Shown: one piece after another, positions 34,621-46,545 of the stretch
How the letters are laid out: each line of letters starts with the position of its first letter
Numbering within the stretch: position 1 is the first letter of the stretch
Assembly (NCBI GenBank): GCA_004431415.1
Contig: QPMI01000317.1
Coordinates: 1-47,162 of the forward strand
Direction: 5' to 3'
DNA length: 47,162 nucleotides
DNA from: Cyanophora paradoxa CCMP329
Lineage: Eukaryota > Plantae > Glaucophyta
Position numbers and translations under genes: made by a program
Notes under the pieces: generated by a model
Seen by the model: the letters and a program-made list of their open reading frames with translations, nothing else
What the model was told of the DNA's origin: nothing
Database searches by the model: none

Positions 34621-35334
34621 GCACGGTACCCGTGCCGCCTGATCTACTTTTGACTGCATCAAGCTTGCACCGCAGCACGTGCACCGAAGCACGCGCAGCC
34701 CGTGGGCCGGATTGGCCCGTACCGCGTAGCTTTTCCTCGCGATCCAGCCTCTGCTCGCAGCCGCATCGCTGCGCCGACCTCGTTGGCGCCCCGGCCGCTG
34801 TCCCTTCGAATTCGCGCCGGGCGGTCTTGCGAGCTAACCAGCTCTTGCGAGCGCATCAGCGGCAAACCGATCGCGAGCGTTCGAGTTGCGAATAACAAAG
34901 AGCGGCGCGTGTGCAGCTGCAGCGCGTGAACAGTGAGTAAGCGAGATCATTGCGTGCACGAGAATCCGGGCGTGAACTCAGCTTCGGCACTGAGCTTAAG
35001 CAAGAGAAAGCGCCTCAGCAGCCAACAAGAGAAAGTTAACATGCGACGAGGGCGCAAAGTTGCTGCAGAGCTGCCTGAAGGCATCGTTGAAGGCGAGATC
35101 TAGAGCATACAGTTAGAGCTTTGCAGCACTGGGGCTTGCAACGGCGGGCTTTGCCTTCTTTGCCCAGCCGCGGCGCGCAATCATTTCTGTAGGCGCAAAC
35201 ATCTCTACCGGCACGTCCGCAGTCATGAAAGCAAATTACGGGTGCGGCGTCCCAAGCAACGTCGGTTGAATGCATGCACGCTGTGTTTACACAACGTTTC
35301 TCATAAAGCGGCTTGCAGGGTCGTCCTCAACTTG

Positions 35335-35428
35335 AAGCAAACGTCTCCGCAGGCGGAATTCCTAGCTCTCGGTTCTACTCTCAGGTGCACTATTGCCGGC
35401 TCTGGAATCCAGTAAAACATACTGATAT
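35335..35428 (+). repeat. ~95-bp direct repeat, second copy at ~36156-36249
   Basis: aagcaaacgtctccgcaggcggaattcctagctctcggttctactctcaggtgcac...catactgatat in both copies. Confidence 0.9.
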
Positions 35429-36456
35429 GCACTGGGGCGAGCTTGTTCTCCGGTTCTACAGAGAAGACTCAGCTCGCTCTCGCGCGAAACTCAAGCAGGA
35501 ACACGTGAATGCCTGGTCCGTTTTTCTGCATGAATGAAAACATGCACAAATGCACTTCTTAGTGCGCGGGGCCCGGGTCCTCCCCAGATTACATCCCAAC
35601 CGCCGTTCGGCATCGCTGCGAACCCTGGAGCAGTGCGTGCACAGTTTTCAGTTGGCGTTTAGGTTTTTGAGGTTATATTGCATACACAGGTCGCTGCAGC
35701 TGAAGACCAGAGAAGTCCTCGCACAGGCTCATCGTCGCCGCTTCCTCTGGCGGTACCCTCTCGTTACTTGACATGCATCTCCCGCCCGCATTGACGTGTA
35801 CGCTTAGCCTGGAGCGTTTCAACTGCCGCACGCTGAGCCTGGAGCGTTTCAACTGCCTGAGACGAACATTGGAGTAGCGCCGGCCCGTCCAATCAATCAG
35901 GTTTGCGATAGACTCATATATGCATCCCGAATAATGTGAATGACTTGTTGCTCCAGGCTTTGCCACCATCGTCGATCGCAGTGCGTGATGAAACTCAAGA
36001 GACTTATTCAAATTGCTGAAATGCTGTGCAGGAACCCTTCTCGAAACGCGTGCGCTGGAACGGGAGATCAGCTGATCGTGTATCGTCTTCGGACGAAAAT
36101 GACCAGAATCACGCTGACTCAAGCCCCGAGTCCCGCATTCCGAATTCTGAAGTTCAAGCAAACGTCTCCGCAGGCGGAATTCCTAGCTCTCGGTTCTACT
36201 CTCAGGTGCACTATTGCCGGCTCTGCAATCCAGTAAAACATACTGATATCAGCACGCGATTAGGGTCCTCCCCGGCTCTCTTCAGGACCGCCGCCGCTGG
36301 CTGCCGCTCACCCCCATGGGCGACTTCCGCCTCGACCCCCTCCAGAAGGCCTGGATCGCCTATGTTTACGGCGAGCCCTCTGCAGACAACACCATCATCA
36401 TTTAGCCAGCTGTTCAGGGTTAGGGGTAGGCCGCGCCTTTTCGGCCTCTGAACTGG

Positions 36457-37229
36457 GTGCTTTTCGGCCTCTGAACTGGGTGAGAAGACCCCTGAACTGG
36501 CCTCCGGTGGTCATGATGTCTACCTGGGATGGCACTTTTACTGCTTGAACAAGCCCCCTTACCTCCTCAAACACACAGAAGAATTGAGTAATGTTTTGTG
36601 TGCTTTCTGGCCGACTTACGGCGGACTTACGACTTACACTTACCCTTACACTTACAAAATTACACTTACGGCGGGTTTTGGGGGACTTCCGCCGTAAGTG
36701 GCAACCCTACGAGTCACAGGCGGCGCCCCCTGATCATGAGCAGCCCCCGCAGTGCTGGTGTCTAGTGACTGTGGCCTGTAAATCACCAAAAAAAAAGAGC
36801 TCGAATTGAATTCGATCAGATTCCGGATCCGAGGGCAACGTCGAGGCCGACGAACTCGCCGCGTCGGGCGGGCAAAGACCGCGCGCCGGCCGCCCGCGGG
36901 GTCGCTCAGTAGAGGCGGAATCCCCCGAATGACTTGCCGCCCTTCTTCTTGTGGAGGGAGCTGGAGCCCGAGGGGGCGCGCCGCAGCGTCCCCGCCCCGA
37001 GGGAGCCCTCGTGGCCCGGCAGCGAGGCGAGGAGGGCCCCGGCCGGCTCGCCGGGGGGCACGGCGGCCGCGGAGAGGGTGTGCCGGGCCGCTAGGTCGGC
37101 GCGGCGGCGCGGGAGGCGGGCGGCGGCCGGGCACGCGTAGACCAGCGCGACGATGCCGCGCTTCGGGGGGGTAGGGCTCCACGAGACCGGCATCATGAAG
37201 CCTGCGCCGAAAGTCAGGCCGGCCCGGAA
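36457..37229. repeat. ~770-bp duplicate of 37390-38160 (hAT-like end plus last exon of the LRR gene)
   Basis: Near-identical sequence; the ORFs 36591-36809 and 37524-37742 are identical. Confidence 0.95.
36612..36709 (-). mobile_element. hAT-like terminus (...GTGGCAACCCTA), duplicated at 37545-37642
   Basis: Inverted match to 8268-8347 with (ACTTAC)n subterminal repeats. Confidence 0.6.
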
Positions 37230-37390
37230 CGCTGGCCGGCGCGGATGCTGATTTGGAAGGGAGCGCGCAGAGGCGGGCATGCACGGCTGCGGGATCCGGA
37301 GGCCGGGACGGATCAGAGGCCGGTGCAAGTTTAAGTGCGCATGGAGGAGGGGGGGGGGGGGGGGGGCCAGGGCGCACGCGTGTTTGGACG
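37230..37390 (-). repeat. Inverted 160-bp copy of REC gene B (32100-32260) at the duplication junction
   Basis: Reverse complement matches the B-specific alleles cgtccaaacacg and gcgcacttaaa. Confidence 0.93.
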
Positions 37391-37838
37391 TGCTTTTCGG
37401 CCTCTGAACTGGGTGAGAAGACCCCTGAACTGGCCTCCGGTGGTCATGATGTCTACCTGGGATGGCACTTTTACTGCTTGAACAAGCCCCCTTACCTCCT
37501 CAAACACACAGAAGAATTGAGTAATGTTTTGTGTGCTTTCTGGCCGACTTACGGCGGACTTACGACTTACACTTACCCTTACACTTACAAAATTACACTT
37601 ACGGCGGGTTTTGGGGGACTTCCGCCGTAAGTGGCAACCCTACGAGTCACAGGCGGCGCCCCCTGATCATGAGCAGCCCCCGCAGTGCTGGTGTCTAGTG
37701 ACTGTGGCCTGTAAATCACCAAAAAAAAAGAGCTCGAATTGAATTCGATCAGATTCCGGATCCGAGGGCAACGTCGAGGCCGACGAACTCGCCGCGTCGG
37801 GCGGGCAAAGACCGCGCGCCGGCCGCCCGCGGGGTCGC

Positions 37839-40800
37839 TCAGTAGAGGCGGAATCCCCCGAATGACTTGCCGCCCTTCTTCTTGTGGAGGGAGCTGGAGC
37901 CCGAGGGGGCGCGCCGCAGCGTCCCCGCCCCGAGGGAGCCCTCGTGGCCCGGCAGCGAGGCGAGGAGGGCCCGGCCGGCTCGCCGGGGGCACGGCGGCCG
38001 CGGAGAGGGTGTGCCGGGCCGCTAGGTCGGCGCGGCGGCGCGGGAGGCGGGCGGCGGCCGGGCACGCGTAGACCAGCGCGACGATGCCGCGCTTCGGGGG
38101 GGTAGGGCTCCACGAGACCGGCATCATGAAGCCTGCGCCGAAAGTCAGGCCGGCCCGGAATGGGGGAGGGGGGAGAAGGGCAGTAGGGGTACCGTTTCCG
38201 TTGTAAAAGGCGTCGCGCACGGCGCTGGCGTCTGCGGGCACGGGCCGTGTGAGGCGCGCGGCCGCCTGGGCGGGCGCGGGGGCAGGGTGGGGCGGGGTCC
38301 GGGGCGGGCCTCGGGTCTCGGCGAAGCAGCTCTCGACGACGATGCGCGCCGCCAAGTGGTCCTCCCGCGCCGTCAGGTCCAGCTGCACGTACCCCTGTCA
38401 GACCCGCCGGGGGGGGGGAAGGGGGTGCGGGGGGTGCGGGTGCGGGGGCGGACGCACGAGGAAGTACCCCTCGAGGTCGACGGGGTTGAGCAGGTTGAGC
38501 ACGCCGAGGCGGGCGCAGGCGAGGGGCACGAAGGGGCGCGGGAGGGCCGCCCCAGCCCCGCCCCCGCCCCGACGCAGTCGCAAGGGCCCGGCCCCGCCCG
38601 AGCGCAGCGACGGCCGCGCGGGCCCGGCCGAGGGCCCGTGGCGTGGGCGTGGGCGTGGGCGGGGCGGCGGGCCGGTCCTCGTCCGACCCCTCCGCGAGGC
38701 GGACGTGCCGGGGCCCCGGGCGACCCGCCCTCCTCCTCCTCGGGCCGGCACCCGTCCCCGCCTCGCCCTCCCCCGGGGCTGCCTCCTCCGCAGCTTCCGC
38801 CGCCGGGGCCGGCTCGCCCGGCTCGGCCGCCGCCGCCTCTTCCCCCTTCTCGGCCCCCTCGTCCTCCTCCTCGCCGGTCTCGGGCAGCGAAGGGGCGCTG
38901 GAGCGCCCGCCCCACGAGGCGCTGCCCGAGCGGCGCATGGACGAGACGCGCGGCACGGCCGCGCGCGGAGAGCCGACGAGGCCGCTGGCGCCGGCCTCCC
39001 CGGCGACGCACTCGCGCCACACGTTCGGGAGGTCCACCACCCGCCCGAAGAGCGTGACGAGCACCTAAGAAGCCCCGCTGAGCAGAGCAGAGCAGAGCAC
39101 AGCGAAGCGGAGCGGAGCGGAGCGGAGCAGACCTCGACCTTGTGGACGGCTGCGGGGAAAGTGTCCATGAGGAGGCGGACCTGGCGGGCGGTGAACCACG
39201 TCCGCCGGTCGTTCGTGTGCTCCGCCCGCAGCCGCCGCAGCCGCGCCGCCGCCGCCAGCAGCGGCGCCGGGCCCGGCACCGGCTCCACGCTCGCCCGCCG
39301 CAGCGCCGCCGACGCCCGCCGAGCCGGCGCCGTCGCCGGCTCCGCCTCCGCCGGCACGCGCTGCCGCGGCAGAGCGGCCAGGAGCGCGTTCGCCGAGGGC
39401 CGCGAGCCCGGGCGGGAGCCCGGCCGCGCGCCGGCGCGCGAGGGCGGCAGCGAGGGCAGCGGCGAGGGCGTCGAGCGCGGGGAGGACCCGCGCGAGGCGG
39501 CGCCGGTACCCGAGGCGCCGTCCCCGTCCGCGGCGCCCCAGGCCGCCCCGCGGCGGACCGTGGCGGCTTGCCCGCCCCCGCCCCGCCCCGCCGTGGCCGC
39601 CCCGTCCAGCGGCGCCGCCGCCGCCGAGAAGAGCATGTCCACGTACCTGTACCCCCGTGAGGGAGGGGCGGGGGGGGGGAAGCGGGAGGGGTAGGGGCAC
39701 ATGTGTCCGGCGCGGGAGAAGGTCTCCTCGCCGACGGTCGCCGGCCGCTGGACGGCGGTCGAGGCACCCCCAAAGGCCGCCGCCGACGCGCGGCGCTCCC
39801 CGCCCGTGCCGGCCGTCATGCTCCCGCGCCGGTTCGCCCCGCCGGCCGCCCGCGGCACCCGCGACCCGCCGAACCTGTGGCAGGCAGCGTCAGAGAGCGG
39901 AGCAAAGAAGAAGAGGGGGAGAGGGGGGCTGAGGCGGACCGGCGGAGCTGCCCGCCAAAGTCGGCGGCTGCGACGAAGGCGGCCTCGCGCGCCGCCTCCG
40001 CGTCGTCCTCGACCGGCTCCTCCCCTGCCCGCCGGGACGCCTCCAGCAGCGCCCGGAACGCCGCGTCGGAGAGCGCGGCCGCTTCGGGCGGGGCGAGGCT
40101 CGTGGAGACGTAGTCGAGCTCGAGGAGGCCCCCGGGGGGGAACGCCAGCGTCCCCGCGTACGCCAGGGGCTCCCCGTTCAGGCGAACGTTCCTCCAGTTC
40201 TCGCCGCTCCCGCCCTGCGACGTGTCCGGCACGCCGGCCGCCACCCGCTCCAGCCGCTCGTCGTTGCCGATGGCCTGGAGCCAGAGCGCGACGGCGCGGT
40301 CCGGGGCCCGGTCCAGGGCGAGGCGGTACGCCCCCGTCGGGTTGTGCAGCGTGAAGTAGTACGCCGAGGGCCTGCGCAGAACAGAACAGAAGGCGCGGTC
40401 AGACCACAGCGGACCAGGCTAACAAGTCGGACAAAGCACCCGAGGGTGCGGCGGAGCTCAGCGGCCTCGTGGGGGGCGAGGAGGGCGCCGAGGGCCGGGC
40501 GGTTCTCGGGGTCGAGGATGCGGAGCCAGACGGCGGCGAGCATGGCGGCCTTGGGCGCCTCCGCGTCGCTCGCGATGTCCCCCAGCAGCGTCGAGACCTG
40601 CCGGCCCGCTCAGCGAGGAGGGCTGGCTCGCTTGGCTTCTAGGGTTAGAGGGGGCGGGGTGCGGCGCGGGGCGCTCAGCAAGAGCTGGCTGGCTGGCTTG
40701 GCCTAGCTAGCTCAGCTTCTTCTCAGGTTAGAGGGGGCAGAACTAGCTCGCTGGCTTGGCGCCCCCGGTCGGCCTCGAAGTAGAGCACCGAACGAGAGTG

Positions 40801-43800
40801 GAGAGCACCGGGCGTGCCCGCGGAGGCGGGCGGCGTCCCCTCTAGCCGCTTCTAAGCCGGGCTCCTGGGCGGTGTCCCCTCCAGTTCATGGCTCCGGGGC
40901 TTCTAAGCTTCGGGGGGCGGCTTCTAGGTTTCGGAGGGCGGCTTCTAGGTTTCGGGGGGCGGGGCGAGCTAGCTCGGCGCGCCTGGTCGACCTCGAAGTA
41001 GAGCACCTCGGCCGCCAGCCGCAGCAGCACCGCCAGCTGCGCCCGCGACAGGCGTCAGGCTCCAAGGCTCGGGCGGAGGGGCGGGGCCCTCTAGACGACA
41101 CGGTGCCGCTCTAGTACCGGGGCGGGGCGGGGCGGGGCGGGGCGGGGCGGACGGGGCCGGGGCGGGAGTCGACGGCGCGGCGGAGGCCCTCGACGGTCGC
41201 GTCGTACGCCGGCCGCTCGGGGCGCCACCGCGCGAACGCCAACTCGAACTGGGGGGCGAGGGGGGAAGGGTCGAACGAACGAGAACAGCGGCAGAGGAGG
41301 GGCGGCAGAGGAGCTGCAAAAGATCTCAACGAAGGGAGGAGGGCACCTCGAGGCGGCCTCCGGGGGGCAGGCCGTCGAGGGCCGCGTCGTCGTCCTCGCC
41401 CCCGGCCCCCTCCTCCTCCTCCTCCAGGTCCCCCAGGAGGCCGCCCCCGGCGCGGCTCCGCGCCCGCCGCTGCTCGGCGGCCGCCGAGGGGCCCTCGCGC
41501 TCACGCAGCATCATCTTTACCAGCCGCTGCGGGGGCGCGACGATGGGCGTCAGTGTCGGCTCAGCTGCAGCCAGGCGGGGAGCTCTAGAATGGGATGGGG
41601 CCGGGCGTCCGGCGGGGCAAGAAGAGCACAACGAAAGAGACAGCTTGATGCTAAGGAGGGGGGTGGGTGGGGTGGTGGTGGTGGGGTGGGGGTGGGGGGG
41701 GTGGGTGGTGGGGGGGCGTGGGGGGGGGGGGGGGGGGGGAGGAGGGGGGAGGGATCTATGGGCGACCACGTATCGGTGCCGGGGCGGTGCCGGACCCCCA
41801 GGGGGGGGGGGGGGGGGGAGCTACGGGGGGACCGAGACGCGAACCTCGACATCGACGGGGTGGCCGCCCAGCGTGGCGGTCCGCTGCAGGGCCGCCGCCC
41901 CCTGCACGGGGTCCTTCTCCGCCGCCACGTGCGCCAGCTGCGCCCCGGGTTAGATGCTCGATCCCCCATTATCTAGCGTCTGGTGTCTTAATGAAATCTA
42001 GTGTCTTATCTGGAATCTAGCTATAGGAATCGTTGAATTCGAACCAAGGCGGGGTACACGCTCGCTCCCCTCTAGCACCAAGAGGAGGTCCCATAATTAT
42101 TCTCTGATCTCTTACAACGCCCTCGTTTAGAATAGCACCCAGTGTCTTATCAGAATCTATGAGGACCTTATGTAATCACGGACCTGGAGGAGGTCGACGG
42201 CGACGGCGCGCTCGTAGGGGTCGGCGAGCTCAAGGACGTAGAGCCCCGCCGGCTCGTTCGGGTCGAAGCGGCGCCGGGCGCGCGCGGGGAGCGGCGGCGC
42301 GTGCGCCGACGCCGCCGACGTCCCGATCAGCAGGTCCTCCCCCACTGCGAGCGAGGCGGCTCAGGAAGCGGAGCCTGAGGAGCGGCGGGGCGGGGCGGCT
42401 CTAGCTTAGAGGGCGGGCTTTGGTCCTAGACCTCCATCTCGAGTTAACGAACGGCCTCAGTCTAGAGGGCGACGGGGGCTATAAAGTTGTTTCGTGCTAT
42501 GAAGCCTCTTGGGGCCCCGGGGCCCGGGGCCGCGCGGGCGCACGGTTGAGGTCGCAGTCGGTGAGGTCGAGGCGGCGCTCGATGCCGTCCGCCGCGTCCG
42601 CCTCCATCGCCAGGATCAGCTGCTTGGCGCCCTCCGGCCCGCTGCGCGACGGCCGCCGTGAGGACAAGGGGGGAGGGAGGGGGGGGAGGGGGGGGGGGGG
42701 ACGGGGCATTTCTGCTCTAGATTGGATGCTTCTGATCTATGCTGTACTTGTACGGGCCCGGGAGAAGGCGCCGGGGGGCTCACATGGGGTTCGCCGCGAG
42801 GTTGAGCTCCACCAGCGACTCGTTCGCCTGCTTGTTCGCCTGAGGGAGAGAGGCGCGAGCCGGAAGAGGCTCGGGAGAGGCGGCGCTGGCGCACGGCGAA
42901 GGCGTGGCGGAGGGCGGCGCAGGAGCGGCCCTGGAGCCTGCCGGCAGCGCGAGGCCCCCAGGATCAGGAAGCGTTGAGAGGAAGAGAGCTTAGATAAGGA
43001 TTCAGATCGAGAGAGGGAGCTTAGAATGAGGATTAGGTTTAAGAGAAGGAGCTTGGGGTTGGGGCGCCTGTTGTGGGAGAGGTCGAGGGACTGAAGGGCC
43101 TCGTTGTCGCGGAGGGCGGGGCCCAGGGCCTGGCCCTCCACGTCCGAGAGCCCGTTCCACGCCAGGTTCAGCGAGGTTAAGCCCTCGTTGCTGCCGAGCG
43201 ACCTGTGGTAGGGTGAGGAGAGGAGAGGAGGGGAGGTGTGGAGAGGGGATAGGATGGGGCCCACGCGAGGAGGGCGGCGGCGAGATGGCCTAAGGTGGCT
43301 TAGGTGTGGCTTAGAGAAGAGTTGAGAGGGCGGGGCGGGGGGCGGGGGGCGGGGGGCGGGGGGCGAGGGGGGGCGGGGCGCACGCGAGGAGGGCGGCGGC
43401 GGCGCGGCCGCGGATCTTGTTCCAGGAGAGGTCCAGCTCCTGGAGGGTCCCGTTCTGCAGCAGGGCCCGCGCCAGCGCCAGCGCCCCCGTCTCGTTCACC
43501 CTGCCCAGAGTGAGGCGGGCCGGCGCCGATCGCGAGGCGGCGGCGACGGCGGCGGCGGGGATGGATGACTGGCGCTGGAAAAGAGGCAGAACCGGGAGGT
43601 TCTAGGGGACCCAAAAGGTTCTAGGTTCTAGGGGAGCTCAGAGGATGGCCTGGAGCGGGGACGGGCGCCCTAGACGCGTACAGGCCCGACCGCGCGGGCG
43701 CGCGGGGGCGTGCGGGCGGGCGCACTGGTTGCGGGAGAGGTCGAGGGCCGTGAGGGACGTGTTGGCGTAGAGGCCCCCGCACAGCGTCCGCACCGCCGCC

Positions 43801-46545
43801 CCCGTCAGCTGCCCCCGCCCCCCGTCAGCCTCTACGGAATGGAAGGAAGGAAGAAAGAAATCCGCGTGTGGAATGTATGCGCAGAAGCCGGCGCCGGCAC
43901 GCCCTCGCGCGCGTTCTCGATGGAATGGAGGGCCTAGGAAGGGCCCCAATGGAATGGTGGGATGGAGGCGGGGGAAATAGGTCCTTCGCGGGTGTGGCGG
44001 GGGCGCCAGCTAGGCGAGCCGCCGTGGAAGGCGCGTGTGGGAGCTAGCTTGAGCTTAAGAGGGTGGGGAAGCTTGCCTTGTTCTCGGTGAGCTTGAGGGT
44101 GGCGAGGCGGCAGGCCGGGTGGGAGAGGGCGGCGGCGAGGGCGCCGCAGCCCTCCGTCCCCAGCTGGTTCGACGAGAGGTCCAGCACCCGGATGTGCGGG
44201 TTCACCCGCAGCGCCTGCGCCCGGGCTCCCTCGGCTCAGATGGCTGGAGACGGGCCGAGAGGGCGGGGTGGGGCGGGGTTCTTCAGGAGCGACGCCTCAG
44301 GGTTGCGGGGCGGGGCGGGGCGGGGGCGGGACGCGACGGCCTCACGGGCGGTGCTCTAGAGACGCCCTCGGCACGCTCAGGGGCGGGGCGGAGGCGGGGG
44401 AGGGCGGGCGGAGGGGGCCTCCTTCTAGGGCCCCCTTCTAGGGGGCGGGGGCGGGGGCGGGACCCGATGGCCCCGGGGCACTTCTTTCAAATGTTCTAGA
44501 GACGCCTCGGCATGCCTAGGGGCGGGGTCGGGGCCGGGGGCGGGGGGCGTGCCTCTGCGATGGCGACGGAGCCCTCGGTGCCGATGCGGTTCTCCCGCAG
44601 CCGCAGCTCCTCCACCTGCCGGGGGCCAAGGCCAGGGCCAGGGCCGCCGTCAGCCAACGACGAACAAGCGTCCTTAATGACTTATTGGTTTATCATCAAC
44701 CTTGGCGGCGCCGTCCTTTATCAAAAGGGTTCGTAAAAGGGCTCCCATTGACGCGGGGCCCCCTGCAAGGCTGAGGCGCGGCGGACCTTTGCGGCGCCGT
44801 CCTGGACGCTGTGGGCGACGGCGCGGGACATGGCGTCCCCCAGCGAGAAGTGCGACAGGTCCAGCGTGATCCGCGTCCTGCGGGGAGGAGGGGGAGGCTG
44901 AGGGCGCGCAGAGGGCACTCTCTTCTGGCGGGCCGGGGGCACCTGCTGGCCGGGGCCGAGAGGGACGCCGGCGGGCTCGCCGTCCCGGGCTGCCCTGCGA
45001 CCGCGCCCGCGCCCGCGGCGGCGACCGAGAGCGGGGGCGAGGCCGCCGAGCCGCGCTCCAGGTTCACAGCGATCGCCATCGGCGTCAGCCGCATCTGAGG
45101 TGAGAGGTGAGAGGGCTGTCGATCTCTAAGGCTGTGAGAGGTCAGAGGGCCGGGCGGGGCGAGCCTCGGAGCACTTGTTGACGAAGCGGGCGGCGACGAG
45201 CTCGCCCGTCGTCTCCGCCCCCGCCACCGCCTCCGCCAGCGCCGCCTCCTCCGACCCGGCTAAGGGATGGTTAGGGGGGTACAGAGTTACGGGGGGGGGG
45301 GTGGAGCGCACGGTCCGGGATGTTCGTCTGCAGGTCGCGGCTCTTCTGGTACAGCTTCGCGAACGCCTTCCGGTCCGGCGGCCGCAGCTGGCCCAGCTGC
45401 GCGTACCCCGCTGAGAGGGCGCCCGGGGGGAGGGGGGGTAGGAGGGGGAGGGGGGTACTACCTCGCTGCGGGAGGTGCTGAGGATGCTGCGGGTCGTGTG
45501 CGTGCCCCATCGCCCCGGCGCCTGCGAACGCAGCGGCTCGTTCCCCGACGGGGGCGGGCGGGGGGAGGTTGGAGGAAAGTACCGAGGCGGTGCGGGAGAG
45601 GGAACGCAGCGTCCCGCCGCCGCCGCCGCCGCTGCAGAAGAGTGAGCAGAGGCGGGGGGGTACGGCGCAGGAGCGGGAAAGGGGGGTACGGCGCCGGACC
45701 TCTCGCCGGAGCGGAGTCGGAGTCCACTGGGAGGGGCGCTGGGCGGCGCGCCCACGTCGCCGTGCGGCCGAGGGCGGGCCGGCTCCCCGATCGGCTCCCA
45801 CCCAGCCCTGCGCGCGCCCCGGCGTCGGCCGCGCCGGCGGGCGCGGCGCGGCTGCAGACGCACCGAAGCGGAAGCTCTGGCGCGTGCCGAGGCGGGCGAG
45901 GGCGGCGCGGTGCGTCTGGCCCCCGCCGGGCTCGTCCGCCCGCCGTGCCGCGCCGCCGCTTGTGCCGGTCCTTCCGCCGCGTCTTTGCCGGCGCCGCCGC
46001 GAGCGCCGCGGCCAGGTCCGCGTCATCGTCCGCGCCTCCAGCGCCGCCTCCGCCGCGAGCTGCCGGTGCGTGCGGTCGCCCGGCGCGTTGAAGTAGCCGA
46101 CGAAGGCCGCCCCGCCGAGCACGTCGTCCTTCGGGAGCCACTGCGGGAGCGCGGGGGCGCTGCGCGCGTGCGCGACGCTCGAGCCGTGCTGCCGCTGGAG
46201 CTCCTTGAGCCGCCGGTACGCGAAGAACTGGCTGCTCCGCAGCATGCTCTCCTCCAGCGCGGCCGCCGATTTGGACTGCGCATGCGCCCCGGCTCTTAAG
46301 GCACGCGGCGGAGGCGGGGCGAGCCGCTCGCAGCACAGCGCAGCGCACCTGCATGAGCGGAGGCGGGAGCGGCTCGGGCGGCTTCACCGATGCAGCCGCG
46401 CCGGTCACCGCGCGCTCGGGCAGCGCCGGCTTGGTGGGCGTCCAGTCGCGGAAGAGGAGCGCGGAGGAGGCAGGCTCCAGGTCGAGCGACAGGCCCACGC
46501 GCTTCTCGTGCCTCCGCCTCACCGCCGCCGGCGGGGATGCCGCAC
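37839..46545 (-). CDS. Multi-exon RI-like leucine-rich-repeat protein (NLRC3/LRRC74-like LRR block) with a conserved-looking C-terminal region
   Basis: LRR exons: RITLDLSHFSLGD, VEELRLRENRIGTEG, IRVLDLSSNQLGTEG, LATLKLTENK, LTALDLSRNQ, LQELDLSWNKIRG, LTSLNLAWNGLSD, LQSLDLSHNR, LVELNLAANP. C-terminal motifs: FDPNEPAGLYVLELADPYERAVA, HNPTGAYRLALDRAPDRAVA...DTSQGG...NWRNVRLNG...GLLELDYVST, LFGRVVDLPN, RLGVLNLLNP. The start is unresolved; the stop is inferred from the duplicate exon. Confidence 0.85.

Noticed and set aside
38249-39694. Plus-strand long ORFs over the LRR gene
   Set aside because: Antisense shadows of GC-rich exons.
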